Source of the DNA: Sphagnum compactum | Lineage: Eukaryota | Direction of reading: 5' to 3' | NCBI GenBank assembly: GCA_965153455.1 | Contig: OZ234493.1 | Coordinates: 33,656,213-33,720,212, forward strand | Length of the DNA: 64,000 bases | Part shown: positions 39,151 to 53,136 of the stretch, in pieces | Position numbering within the stretch: the first letter of the stretch is position 1 | Layout: each line of letters begins with the position of its first letter | Translations under genes and position numbers: made by a program | The notes under the pieces: generated by a model | The model's database searches: none | Seen by the model: only the letters and a program-made list of their open reading frames with translations | What the model was told of the DNA's origin: nothing

Positions 39151-41245
39151 GTCCACAACCGGCAATGTACTAGTGAAAAGTAAATATGGGTGACTTGGGG
39201 ACAAACACAAACAGTTAGTAACTTAGAACCAGAAGCAGATAGAAAAAAAGTTACATTTTGGTTCTCTCTTTGCCTTGCATAAAATATGGTGATTACGCAC
39301 TAGAGAACAGGCCATGAACTGCAGATTCTACCAGGTATCCCCTCACTGAATAGAACCTGAATAGAATCTCCCCTGCTTGCAACAAGAGGGGTGGAGGCTG
39401 GGACCTAGGAGCTAATAGGCTACTAGGCTACTAGGCATTGGGGAACTTTAGGGTTTAGGCCACAAAGTTGATAGGAGCCTGAATGGTCAAGTTTGTAGAG
39501 ATTGGGGGAACTGATTCTGATGTTTTTGAGTTTTCATTCCGTGTTCAAGATTTTATTGAGAGTTTATTAATAGCCCCAACTGCAACACATTAAAATTAGG
39601 TGGGATGTTGACTAGTGGACATGGTGGTTAATCCTTGTCTAATAATGTTGTTTGGTTGTTTTCGCTATCTTTTTTTGGCTTCTCTTTTAACTATGGAAAT
39701 TGTATTGAGACATATCAATTTTACTCCATTGGCAAGGTTCAATTTTGCTTTGCACTAATTGGATTTTTCTTAGTCTCATTTTTAATATGCTTGCTTTCAA
39801 GGTTCCTTTTTGCATTCTTATCCCTTGTACCACATGAGAAAAAAGTAATCCATCAAGATCTCAGATGATCTTTTCTGCACTCCTTTGTTTTTTCATGATC
39901 TCGGCTGATTTTGCAAGTAAACCACATTATGTTACAAGTTTTATCTTGAGCAATTATTCATTTTGGTTTTGGCATTGCTAACTTAGATGAAGATCCAACA
40001 TAAAATGTTTCCTTGGCATGTTAAATGCTCTAAAACTTTTATTTTTGTGTATCGAATATTATTGTAAAAACAACTTATGCCTAAACCAAAGTTCAAATAT
40101 GTATGAAGTTTAATACATATTTGTCCTTTAATTGTTGGACAAGGCAAACAAATTAGTTTCTCAAATTCATTTGAATATTCAAGAATATAACATAGAGTAA
40201 CAACTTTTCAACTCCAAATCTGTGGCATTATAATAATATGTTAAGGTTACATCAAGTCTTGCTCCCCAACATTAGCATACTCCTTCTAGCAAACATGTGA
40301 TCATGGCAAGTAGCAAGGTGATTAGAACCATGACACCTTACTAGACAATTAACAAACAACAGTGTCATATGGCCATTAAGTTGTCATAACATTCCTGCAC
40401 TTCATATGGTTCAACTTTGTGTTACAAGTCATTTGCACTCAACTTCTTGATTAGTTGTAATTGATTTGGGCAACCGCATAGTACTACATGAGGCAGTTTC
40501 TACCACTTATTAAGTGGGTAGCCATATTACAATTTACAAGTGTGGGAAGATATTTTATTTTAAATTTTATATTTCTGAAAAACTAATGTAATATCTAAAT
40601 GGTAAATTCACAGTGCTTGGCTTGATTTTTTTTGTATTTCATAATGCATGAGCATGTTCCCTTTTTGTTTGGTGTATGACGTTGTGGTTTTTAAAGTTGA
40701 AATTTCATGTTCTTGTACATGTTATTAAGCATTCAAAAACCAACTAGATTGTGGACTCTTAAATTATAATTCATTATTAAAGTAAATGAACAAATATTCT
40801 AGTAAGAAAGGGTGGGTAAGTTGAAAGACCAGGAATGGTTTCGTTTTACGATGAAGGGAAGTTGTATTGACAAGGATAGTGTGGGGTTTCATTTGAACCA
40901 TGCTTCCTTTCAAGCACTCACCCTAGAATCTTGTGTTTTCATCCCCAAAGCAATTCAAATCATAATTTCTAACCATGAAAATTTGGCTAGGAATCCAACA
41001 AGTATGTTTCAAAACTTTTTCATAGCCCATGGGTAATATATATTATCCTTCGAAAGTGGGCAATTGCCGTGACATTGATCTCATTAAAACTACAAATTAT
41101 TAATATGAAAATTGTTGGTGGGTATAGACGTCAACTTTTGCAAATGACAACTTTGCAAGGAAGAAATGAACTTGAAGACTTTCAAATAGGAATGACTTGA
41201 AAAAGTGTTTTAGGCTTGAGAAGAGTGAAGCTTGATTGTGAAAAG

Positions 41246-41534
41246 CAGTATTTCTTTTACTGGTGAATTTTCGCCAAATTTCGATTTGAAAAATATGATT
41301 TCACCCTATACAAAGGAGTTTTCATGGAAAAATTTATCCAAATTTGCCAGATTTTGAAGATTATTTTTAAAAAATCCCCAGATTTTTATGATAAGTTTCA
41401 GCAGGTAGCCAATAATATAGAAGGATTCAGTATGTTTTTAACTTTGATATCTAGTATGCAGCCAAATTTAGCTACATTATTTTGTGAATGATTGCCACTT
41501 TGGCTACATCACAAAATCATTAAAAGAAACCCTG
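41246..41534 (+). mobile_element. About 290-bp hAT-type MITE of an abundant family
   Basis: CAG..CTG ends, TSD GTGAAAAG/GTGAAAAA. Homologous to about 1320-1610, 30588-30855 and the inverted copy 41821-42099. Confidence 0.75.
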
Positions 41535-41820
41535 GTGAAAAAAGACGTTCAACAAAGTTATTTTTATTGTAGCAAATTTTGGGGGAAGTGCTTGGGATTC
41601 TTTTATTTCATTGTAGTGGCTTGATAAATGCATACTTGGTTCTTTAATGATGAGTACTTACATTGAATGTGCAGCTTAGAAGGTGGAGAACCCTTTCAAT
41701 GCAAGGAACATTTACTGAAAGTGTGTTAATGAGTACTCTTTTAGACTCCTGAACAACATAGGAACGACATTTGGTGTGTTGCTTGTTTCATGTTGATTTT
41801 ATGATGTAGTTTGTTTCAAT

Positions 41821-42099
41821 CAGGTTTTGTGATGTAGCTGAAGTGAGGACCATCCATAAGATGATTTAGCAAGATTTGGCTACATTCTAGATATAGAAAA
41901 CAGTAGAAAAAACCCAGAATCTTTTTATATTCTCGGCTATTTCTACTCTAACTTATCATAAAATCTGGAGATTTGGAAAAAAAATCTTTGAAATTTGGCA
42001 TATGTGGGCCATTTTTTCCATGAAAAATCTCTTTGTAAAGGTTGAAATTATATTTTTCAACTCAAAAGCTGATGAAATTTCGCCCCAAAAAAAACACTG
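41821..42099 (-). mobile_element. hAT-type MITE, inverted member of the same family
   Basis: CAG...CACTG ends, TSD GTTTCAAT/CTTTCAAT. Confidence 0.72.
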
Positions 42100-45000
42100 C
42101 TTTCAATGGCTTCAAAATGTTACAAGTTTTGAAGGACAAAGATCATCATCCAACTGATGAATTTGGTGAAAGTTTGAGATTCTTTCTTTCATACATACCC
42201 GCTTTGGACTTTCATGAATCAAACATGACTCAAAATGCAATGGTTAGTCTTTTAGCCAATGCTTACATATTGAAACATCTTGCTTCTTTTCTCTACATAG
42301 GCAAATGCATACATACTCAAGGTGGCTCATTGCTAGAACAAAACTCGCTCAAACTTTAGTTTTGCATATATTTCAATAATTTGAGGATGTTTACATCATT
42401 TGGTGAATATGCATCTCATTTACTTGTAAAGAACCAATAGAATATTTCTAGTATAATTGGAGGGCACCTTAACCTTGGTCTAATGTCTCCCTCAAAAGAG
42501 GATGGCACCTTGTGTGTAAGGATCCCCAAATTGACAAACCTAAGATGTCGGCATAAAGTTCATCCTCTCCTATCCTACTTGACTTTTCTTTCCGTGCTAA
42601 AGTTGTCTTTCCAACAAATTTCAAAACAAATATTGCACAAAGTATAATCATTCGGCACTCAAATGAATTTGCCCCATCTGGTATTTCTTTTAAAGCTCCC
42701 ATTCCTTTATGTCAGGTAAATAAGGCCACTCAAAGAATGAGTCCCACGCTCAGCTCCCACCTCAATGCATCCCCATAGCAGCCTTGTTGTCCACCATTCC
42801 CCTACACATGCTATAACAATTCAAAGAAAGCCCATATGGTTTATTTGACATGCATTTTGATATAAAATTGAATTCTATATGAAGACTTTAGTTTAGCCAA
42901 TATTTTCATTACAACACATTGGAAGTTTGGAAGTTGGCATCTCAATTTCCTTTCAGAAAAATAAATGTAAACATATAATTTAACCTTTTGTATATGGGAT
43001 TTTAGAGGACAAGGAAAAAACAATTCTAGCTAACAAAGAAAAACTTGCAAGCAAATTTCAAGGCTATTGTGGACTTCCACAAAGACTCCAAATCATATAT
43101 ACAAACATCGGTTGTGATTCCTAAATCAATCCCACTAAAGGTGCTCTTCCTAAAGTAGGAAGAGCAACTTTGGTGATCTGGATGACCTGGATGACCCACT
43201 TACCACTGGGCTTGTAAATTTCCCATAGAGCTTCAAAGTTATTTTTAGGAGAAATTTTCCAATTTTTAAAGCTTTATTGATTCTTATCAACCTCCACACA
43301 TTAACCATACCTATTGTGCTTTGCATTAATTAGATGAGCTGCCTCACAAGTTCAAGTTTTTTTTTTTGGCAATGAAACAATTTGATTTGCCCATCACTTT
43401 TTTAAAATGAAACTATGGAGGCTCCCCAATATAGAAGGTTTTATTTTGAAGTATAGAGTTTCTCCCCCTTTGGCCCACCTATAAGGTAAAGGAGAACAAC
43501 ATTTCATATGGGATTAAAGTGAGGTGCTATTGGGAATTCTTTGGGGCACATGTCAGGAACTTGGGAACTCTTTGCTTTGACACCCCCCCCCCCCCCCCCC
43601 AATCTAAAAAACAAACAAATAAATAAAGCTTGCATGGAAAGTGGACTGTCCACTGTCCAAGAGGAAAGTGAACAGTGGACAATCCACCGTCCACACTTGA
43701 AAATAAAAAACCACCCTTTCCCGCCCCCCACACTCACAAGAGAAAAAGGAAGGCCCTTTCACTTCATGCAACAACTTCTCATTGGTTGCATAGAAATTCT
43801 ATTCGTAAAATTGGCTGCCACTATTTTTGGCCTGGCGTAATAGCCCTTCCTAAGAACACCCTACCTATTCAGTCGTTTTGAAAATGGTAGAATTCCCATC
43901 CACTTCAAAAATTAAGGAAAAACTCATGGTTAGCCCAGTTTTTATCCCATTTACTCTTGTTTGGTTGATATTAAATATAAACATTTATGCCCCTTCAAAT
44001 ATAACCAATGTAACCATGTTCCGAATATGGGTTTGAACTTTGAACCCATCCCAGTTCAATTGTGCACCAACTAGACAGGAAGTTATTTTGTGACCATTGC
44101 AGTGTTCACCTTTCAAGTTTCTTACCCTGATTTTATGCAACTTTGACATAGTCCACATCTATGATGGTCTAAATATGGATTGTGGCAATTGAAGTTGTTC
44201 ATGGCTAGGAGTACCCTCTTGTAACTCAAACATGGGCTTCTTCTTCACCTCAAACGTAAAGTACTCCAAGGTTATTTTCTTTGTACTTGAAAACACCTCC
44301 CAGCACGGAAGACATATTTGTCACTCAACCTTCTGCTAGTCGGCTGCAAACCTTTCACCATCCAGGTTAAAACTTAGAACCCTTTTGTAGTTTAAGATGG
44401 GAAAGGCCTGCTTGCTCAAGTTGGCCATCCTTAATTTTGGGCCTATGCCCTCAGTCTATTCCTCTGGGGGGCCTTCCCCTCTATGTAAAGCATCCCCAAT
44501 GACATTCTCCTTTGTTACTTTAGGTCCCCTTACAAGGCAGAATTTCCAATGTAGATGGTCAAATGTTAGCTGCTCATTAGGAAGTCCTCAAGCCATCTAG
44601 TGCAGGTTTCCCCTAATTGAGTGGTTTCTCACAAATACAATTTTAGAACAAGTTTTGTCCCCATTACTAAAACCCTCAAGTATCATGTAGTGCATTGAAG
44701 TGCACACTTCAAAATCCATACCATAGTAAATTGCTAATTGCTTCCTAATAACAACTGTTGACAAGGGGATGGTGCATCAAGGAGAGCTTGGCTTTGCACC
44801 AACCACACATCTGCCTTACAATGGCAACTGTGCAAATGCATCCAAACGGTTGCTCTGGGCCAGGTTAGGACAAGTGTTATGCAATTCTTTGAATTTGTTT
44901 AAGAACCATGGTTACATACTTGAACCAATTCTTTGACGTTTTGACAGTCACAGTTTGGGTCTTAAGAACACCCTGATGACTGCCAGGGTCTGTTCTTGAT

Positions 45001-46671
45001 TCCTGTTTATAATAACTGCCCAACACTTGTTAGGACTTAGGACAAGTGTTGTCCACTTCTAGTTTTTAAAGAGAACCTCCAATCCCAACTCATGGTTTCT
45101 TTTAAAAATTGATAAAACATTTGGTTTCAGTCCTATCAAAAAAACTGTAGTTTGATCGAACCTGGGCTTTGGTTTCAAACCTTTTCATCAACATGTGCTT
45201 TTGTTTCGGACCTGGTTCTTCACATTCCTAAAGATCCAGTTTCAAATTCTTCCACAAAAAATCCAGACCAGGTCCAGTCAGGAACCCAGTTCCACCTGTT
45301 TAGCCTTGGGTTAACCAGCACGCACAGTTGCTACCATGGTTAAAACCCCAAAGTCCATTTAAATTGTTTCTAAATACTACAAAACTTCCATGCTTAGACT
45401 AAATCAGGGTTAAATCTAACCCTTTTCGGGCTTAACATGGCTACTAAGAGGCCTCACTCAAAAAAGGTGAAGGTACCAACATGGTTGCTAGTCCACCCTG
45501 GCCCACTTGTCTACATTAAGAGCCTGACAATGAAAATATTGTAGATAATAACTAGCATCATTCAACCAATGGAAAATTGGCCACCAGAATAAGTACGCTT
45601 AACATGCAACCTTGCAAAAAAACCCATATCTGCCTAGGGGAAAAAAAGTACATAGAGAACCATAACCAGTAAAAGAAAAATCAACCAAAAACTTTTGTCA
45701 TTTTTTTGTCAAAAGCTTTGGAAATAATATTGAATTTTTTTTCTAGTGTAAAATTGACTATTTTTTCTATTTTTGGAAAAAATTCAATTTTTTGACATCA
45801 AATTTTTCTTTTAAAATACCCTAACCATAACCTATATAAAAAAGGTTTGGAGACCAATTACGGTTTCTCCAGAATTTTGAACTTATGGTCCCCATAATCA
45901 TACATGGTTGTCAGGAGGCATGGCAACATGCCAATGGACAACCACACACAAGTTATAACTCATAATTCGGGTGTGCGGAGACATGTGAAGCGCCCTGATA
46001 CGCCATTGGTCTGTCATCATAACTTGTGCCATTGACAACCGGTTTATGTCCAGTAACCCACAGTCCATAAATTAACCTAAGAATTGGACGGGAACCCCAA
46101 CACTAATTATTACCCAATGCCCTCACATTGTAGTTTGTGTGAATGAAATGATTCCACTTTAGTAGTGCAATACACATTAGTACAACTCTGAAATGTTGAG
46201 AATTGTTGGGAAATCTCCTTAGCACTACCTGTTTGGTTTACAAATAGCAGAGTATTTGTCTTGAATATTTCAAACCATTATGTTCGGTGATTTTTCCTCA
46301 AACAAATTGACACATTTTGTTGGGAAGAAAACTGGAAAAAATCTGGAGCAATGTGTTTTTCTAGTGTGTAAATTAGACTATATATTGAAATTTGGTTGAG
46401 AAAGATCTTTTTTGTAATAGACTAACAGGATGTTGTGTATTTCTTTCCAGAGTTACTATGGTCACATTCTACCTGGAACTCACCATATATAATTTTTGTT
46501 ACTCTAGGCTGCAACATCACCAATTTACTACAGAATGACCTCTGTTGTGCAGATTCTGTGAAGTAAGCCTGCGCATCTCGACCAACCCTAAAACAGGTGC
46601 ACCTTGAAGAGGTCTGTTCTGAGGTGAAGTGGCAAAATCGGCCAGGCCTCGGAATTTTGTAGGGATAAGTA

Positions 46672-46975
46672 GCAGAGTTTTTTAAACTGGTGAAATTTCG
46701 CAGAGAAGTGAAATTTTAAATTTTAAAAATCGAAAAAGAAGTGATTTTGAAGGTTTTCAGTTGCTAGAAGTGAGAGAAAATTGCCAGATTGGGATATTGG
46801 GTTTTCATTGTGTAGCTAGAAATATAGAAAAAAGACTAAAGATTTGTAATTTATTTGTGATTTATAGCCAGATTTGGCTAAATCTTCCTAAGGATGGTCA
46901 CCATTTTTTCTACATTTTCCTATGGACAATTGCCACTTTAGTTACAAACAAAAATTGACAATATAAAAAGCACTT
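46672..46975 (+). mobile_element. MITE of a related subfamily
   Basis: Homologous to about 2759-3075. Confidence 0.62.
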
Positions 46976-47429
46976 ATAACTTGGTTAGTCCAGTGTGTCT
47001 AGTCCAAAAAAAACCCTCTAAAATGGCAAACTAGAGAAAGGATTCTATGTTACTAGAGAACAGGCCTTCACCATTGAAAGACTCCAGAAATTTGCTCTTC
47101 GAAATAAAACAAAGTATATGATCTTGTTCAGGAAAAACATTGAAGACCTGAATCAATCACTACACATCTTCTAAGCCCTTTGGGTACATATGAAAACCTC
47201 CATATCTTTCAAAAGAAACTTATGTTTCAAGCATGAAATATGCTTACCATGGGTTGCATATCTTCAAGGACCTTCCTGTCTTTTGCATCTTTCCATATAT
47301 ACTTGCTCCCAGTCCAGAAATGTTCATGCAGGCTCAACAATTGATATATTGTTGGTCTGGTACAGTGTTGGGCAGGTATCCAAAATGCCCTTGGGTATCA
47401 CTCAGGTATCGCAATATGAACCTCTGATT

Positions 47430-47945
47430 TGCTGGTTTGTTGCACCCTGGTGCTTTGTTTCCTGCCTTGCTGCTTCATTTTGTTCTGATGTTTCATTTTG
47501 TACCTTGGTGCTTTGCCCTAATGCTTTGTCATGCCTTGTTGCTTTGTTTCATGCCTTGCTGTTTTGCTGCACCTTGTTGTTTCGCCCTGTGCCTTAATGC
47601 TTTGTCTCGCCCTGTTACTTCACATCACACCATGCCCTGCTTTTTCATTTTGCAACCTGCTGCTTCACCTCGCCCTATTCATTTTGTATTGCACCCTGCT
47701 GCTTCCCTTCCCACCCTATTATTCCCCTTCGCCTTATTACTTTGCCTTGCCTTGTTACTTCACCTTGCCCAACTGCTTCACCTCACCTTGTTGTTTCACT
47801 TCGCCATGTTGTTCCCCCTAGCCCTACTGCTTCAACTCACCTTGCTGCCTCACACCTGTAAGGTACTTGCTACACTTTCTCCCCCCTTGTTGTTTCGCCC
47901 TGTTGCTTTGCTTGATGGCTTGCCCTATTGCTTCACTTGTGTCAA
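47430..47945 (+). repeat. Degenerate short-period C/T-rich repeat (CTTGYTGYTTCRCC), possibly internal repeats of the adjacent hAT element
   Basis: Low-complexity periodic motif that produces spurious Leu/Cys/Pro-rich ORFs in three frames. Confidence 0.65.
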
Positions 47946-48739
47946 CTTGTAACCCCCCCCCCCCCCCCCCTCCCCCATTTTTCTTGATTGTAGGTGAAGG
48001 AGCTTGGAGCATCCCTAAACCTTTCAACTTGGTAAGTCCTACCTTTTTTATTTTTTTATTTTAATTTTAATGATGTTTTTTCTTCTTCTTTTCTTTCATT
48101 TATGTTATTCTCTCTTCTGTTTTTTTTTCTTTTTGTTTTACTTTTGTTCTATGTGTTTTGAATATTTCGTTTTGTTTGTCTTTGTGTAATGTTTTTATTT
48201 TTTACATGATCGGTTTTAATCAAACAATAAATCTCCCTTCATTTTTTGTTAATCATGATGAAAGAAAATAGTGAAGAATTTTGATCATTTTTGAAACCCT
48301 AAACCTCATTTCTTAAACCTTTTAACCCTTTTTTTTTTAGTAAATGCTTAGGTTTTTTGACTAATTTTTAAACCCTAAACTTCCTATCTTAAACCTTTAA
48401 CCCTTTGTTTGTAAATGTTTTGATCTAATCATCTAGTTTTGTAATTTCCCAACTATAGATTTTGGAACAAAAAAATATTTATTTTTACCCTTAGCTTTGG
48501 GTATATCCTTGAAAATTTATTAATGGACCAGTCTTTTGCAAATGAAAATAGAATATATTCTAATAATGAGACAAGTGAAATATGCATGAATCATGTAATT
48601 ATGAAAGAAGAATCTAAAGGAAACCTAAATGTGCAAATTGGAAACCTGAATGTGGAAACTAAATGAAACAGAAATGAAGAAAAGGAATATGAAGAAACTA
48701 TAATTTGAAGATTAACCTTAAAAAGTTACATGCTCAAAA

Positions 48740-51362
48740 AATAATTTGGAGAACTCATGGAAAAACATCTTTATGTTGGAGATTTTATTATGTAAAATGA
48801 TAATGCAACAGTTGATCTTCAAAATGCACAAATCATGCATGTATATTTTGTCATAAAAATCTAATAATCGTAACAAATCCAAGAACACAAGCAAGGAAAC
48901 GATTTTTTTTAACTATAAAACAAATGGAATAACTTCTGTTTAAAAACATGTGGATGTAGATAATATGTTTATTGCAAACAAATTTGAAGAAGAAATGAAT
49001 AATCTAGTCAAACAAATAGAAGAAAGACATCTTGCAAAAAAAAGAGTAAATATAATTAGAGGGTCAATCTCAAAAAAAAATTACTATCAAGGATTTTTCC
49101 CAAAAAAAAAGATGTGACCAAAATAGTTAATTTTATGTTCATGTCCAAAGCTAAATTTCCTTCCAAAAGGAAGTTTTCACAAGAAATGTTACTAGGGCTA
49201 ATGGAGAAAATAAAGCAATTACATGTTCTTCCTACATTGGCATAATGTCATTTTGCAATGGTTAGCTTTGATTTATGGATGTCCAAACGAGCTTATGATG
49301 TGTTTGCTTTAATTATTAACTTTTTGGGGAAGGAGTGCCAACCAAAGCATGTGACTATTAACTTATTCAAAGCTATAGAAATTATAGGCTAAACCTTGGT
49401 TAAAAGTTTGATAGATTTGCTAGATTAGTATGGGTTGAGGAAAAAGGTAATTGCTTATGTCAAAGATGAAGAATTTAATCTCAATGCCATGACTTATGCA
49501 TTGAAATCTATTATGAATTATGAATCTTTGGGTTTGGAAGAAAGCTTCCAAAGAACTTGTTTTGGGCACGCCTTTTCAAAGGCATGTCAATATGGCACAA
49601 CAAAAGAAAAGGTTGGGAAAAATCTGAAATATGTTTCCATTAAGTCTCCTCAAACAAATTTGCAAAAGTGCATCACTTGGTGTAAAAAATCTGAGAAGGG
49701 AAAGTAGGAATGGAATATAAGGTTTGTGTTGAAATTAGAACTCAGCCAAGGAAATTGAACAATCCAATGAAAACCAAGTATTCTTTTGTTTTTCAATATT
49801 TTTTTGTTGGTTTTTAATTTTTTTACTTTTCAATTGAATGAAAATTTTAACCATTTGTTATTCTATTTTGTAGAATTGCTAATAAGATTATTATGTTTCA
49901 AAGGGGATTATAATTCTATTACAACAGACAAATTATTGTTAGGGTTACTAGTTGAGTGCCTCCACCTCTGACTTAGCAAATTTGTCAGATTAGTGGATTG
50001 TCTTTTTCAAATTGTTTTTCCTTATGCTTTTAACCAATCACACGGTCATTGGATACTTAGTGATGCATTACACTTTACAATTTTGATGAATTTAAATCTT
50101 AAAGAAAAAAATCAAATTGTTCCTTCATTTGAAAGTTTGATGGAAAAAAATTTAGTTATTGCTGATGAGTTGGTTATATTGGTGTCTAATATTAAAAAGG
50201 AATTTTGTGGTGTGTTGCATTATTTCCTTTCATTTTTAATGAAATATGACAACCAAAAAACTCATAATACGATTTTTTTTATGCTAGAACCTAGGATTAA
50301 ATTTTTTTGAATAGTATCCTCATTTGTTGCACGGGAGCGAGGTGTTAATCTTGTTAAGGAATATGATAGGAAGTCTTTATATCGTATGTTGGTCAAATGT
50401 TATGAACATTTGCATCCTTTGATAAGGTCAAATGGGTCTTGGCATACTAATGTGTCCATTTTTTGGTGTCACAAAGGCAATTTGGGGGGTTACCTTTAAG
50501 TTTGGTATAATATATGTTGGAATATCATTGAAAATTATAGAAGGGACTCATTTAACTAATCTAAAACATTTGTAGAATCAAAATTGAAAATTTGAAAGTA
50601 AAATGCTATCATTTCATTACAAGGTGAACTTTTAAAACAATGTAACATCTCTTGTCATAGTCCATAAAAAACAATTATGGACTTTTACTACATAATAAAC
50701 ATGTGTGAAACTTTTTTAAAAAATTTATAGTATGATTGTGAAGGTATTGTAATGTTAAAATAAGGGCTTACGAGTAAGTTTAATTTTTAATTTATCAAGA
50801 TTATGTAAGATAACCAATACTCTATAAAGTCCAAGAGTTATTAAAATGGCAAAATTGAGGATTGTTGTTTTGTAAAAAATGACATTATTACCCTAAATAA
50901 AAATGGTCAATTATAAAAATTGAAAAACCCATGTTTTTGTTTCTAACTTTTCCTTTAGCTAATCAAATTGAAACATGTGTCACAATTTAGAAACTTGTAA
51001 ATTTAAATTTTAGGTATTCCATTTGCCTCTTACATTCAAATGGACAATTTTACGTTTCCAAAACACTAAACATTTGAATTCAAAATTCAAAAAAAAATTT
51101 ATGGACTCCAGATGTGCCACTTTTGATACCACCTTAATGTGCCAAGACCCAAATACAAATGATGCTGAAGTATTTGAAGTCCTAAAATATTTGAAGTATT
51201 TGACGAATTGATATTTATAAAATAAAATTGGCCTAATGACCCTAGAATAAGATGTATTTCTTCATTTAATTTAATAAAATTCCTTGAAAGGGATATAAAT
51301 TTAAAAAAGGAATTAGAAGAATTTGAAGGTGACTTTGAAAGGGATGAAGTTGTTGAAGTATG
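48740..51362 (+). mobile_element. Degenerate hAT transposase relic with BED-finger-like N-terminus, interrupted by a MITE
   Basis: Fragments YKTNGITS..KHVD, SFDLWMSKRAYDVFALIINFLG, RKKVIAYVKDE..NLNAMT, CFGHAFSKACQY, MLEPR and C-terminal ELIFIK.NWPNDPR. Frameshifted. Confidence 0.78.
50434..51150. mobile_element. 717-bp non-autonomous TIR element inserted in the hAT relic
   Basis: Terminal inverted repeats GGGTCTTGGCAtAcTAA ... TTAAtGTGCCAAGACCC, with AAAT on both flanks. Confidence 0.75.
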
Positions 51363-53136
51363 AAAATGGAATAAAAATGAATTTGGTTATGTTTTAGAAA
51401 ATCGGTTGTAAGATCACTTGTGATTTTTTTATTTGTAAGAATAAAAATTAAACCAATAGTTTTTTAATGTTTAAATATAACTTTTAATTTTTCAAAAAGT
51501 ACTAATCGATTGGTGAAAATTGCCAAATGGTGATTGGTTGTTCTCAAATTTATGAGAACCAACATTGTGGGAACCAGTTAAATGTTTTGTAAACATATGG
51601 ATACTCTAACTTGGTGCATAAATTTATTTTTTCAATTAAAGAAAGAGAACTGAAACCTTTTGTTATCTTAATATGAAAACTAGATCCGATGGGTATTAAA
51701 AAAATTTGATACCCACCTAGCATTGGTCTAATATCAACTTTTGGATAAACCAAACTAATCCTGAACATTACAAAGGGATGATTGTTATTTTGTCTACATC
51801 TTCCTTTATACATCTTCAAAGGGATGATTACCACTTTGGTTGCAAACAATAATTCATCAAAAAAACACCTTTGGGTACATTTTCAAAAAAATTAGACCAA
51901 CATGGTCCTAGTATGAGTTCATTTTGACACTCTTATACTAGCCTTTTGATATATTGAGTCCAAGATCATTTTTTTGGTTGGTGTGAGACAAGTCTATACC
52001 AAATATTGAGTATTTCAATATTAAAGTGGTATAAGGCCGGTATTACCTCATTTGTTACTAGGGTGATATCCATACAAGATTGGTATTGCCTCAGGTCATA
52101 CCAACATGATAAGGTCCTTGGACCAATGTTGATACCAAGCACATGTTTATTTAACAAATCAAGATTGGTAAAAACCTATCATCCATTTTTAGAGCAAATA
52201 GAATGACTATAAACTAGCCACTATGCTTCAACCATAAAATATATCTCAAAATTTAGAACCTGATTCCTATGTGACATGCCTTCCACTTACACTTAAGAAA
52301 TTGTTTTAAAAACCAACCCTTTGGTTCTCACCCATGTGAAAACTGATATTGAGAACCAATCTTTGTTCATTAAAATAATTTTTTAAAAAAATTGGCTTGG
52401 TTTCCTCTTAAAACCTAGATCTAGTTCTCAGGCTCTTGATGATGTAACCATTAGTTTAATATTAATTTAGGCCATTGTGTTGCACACCAAACAAATAACC
52501 AACCCCAATTTTGAAGCTTTAAGAAGATGAGACATCTAAAGTCTATTAACACAAGAGCAATTCAAGCACTAACGAATTACTAATCACCTTTTCACTACAG
52601 AAACAAAAGCTCAAAGGTGCTTGAAACAAATTGTTACACTCCAAATTTGAAAAAGGGACATAGATGTTGATTTCTTCAACAAAATTTTTAATTACACCTG
52701 CAACTCTATTCAAAATCTTTCACATTTAAACCAATAATCACAAAAATGCAGAGGAAAAAATGAAGAAAGAAAGGAGGGAAAAATTTTTTTGCTTACAATT
52801 TAGTGGTGTTTGACTTGGATTTCATGATGGTGGATCATTAGTTGTTATAATGTTCCGTTGTCAAAAGTAGCAAGTTTTTTCGAGTCTCTACACACCCTCT
52901 TCCCTTCCTCTCCTAGACAATGAATGAACAACACATCTTGCCCCCTTACCCCATCCCCCTCTAGGTATTAGCTGTCCCTATAAACTTTCTCCTACCTAGG
53001 TTTTCAAAATCTATTTTTTGGACACATTTATTTTAGCAGTAGGGATGAGCATTTGGCTTACTTTATCTTGCTTCGACCCTACTAGGTGGCTAGAATTTGC
53101 AATTGAACCCCGTAATGTGAGATTAGGGCTTACTAC

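Larger units (their letters stand above)
29600..46200. repeat. Segmental duplication, copy B (same orientation)
   Basis: Same block order as copy A, with different transposon insertions between the shared blocks. Confidence 0.8.

Noticed and set aside
47190-48064. Overlapping Leu/Cys/Pro-rich ORFs up to 171 aa
   Set aside because: Produced by a degenerate C/T-rich repeat that lacks stop codons in several frames.
52593-52605. CACTACAG as the left end of the non-autonomous CACTA
   Set aside because: Its flank (TTT) does not match the right TSD (TAC), whereas 53137 matches both TIR and TSD.
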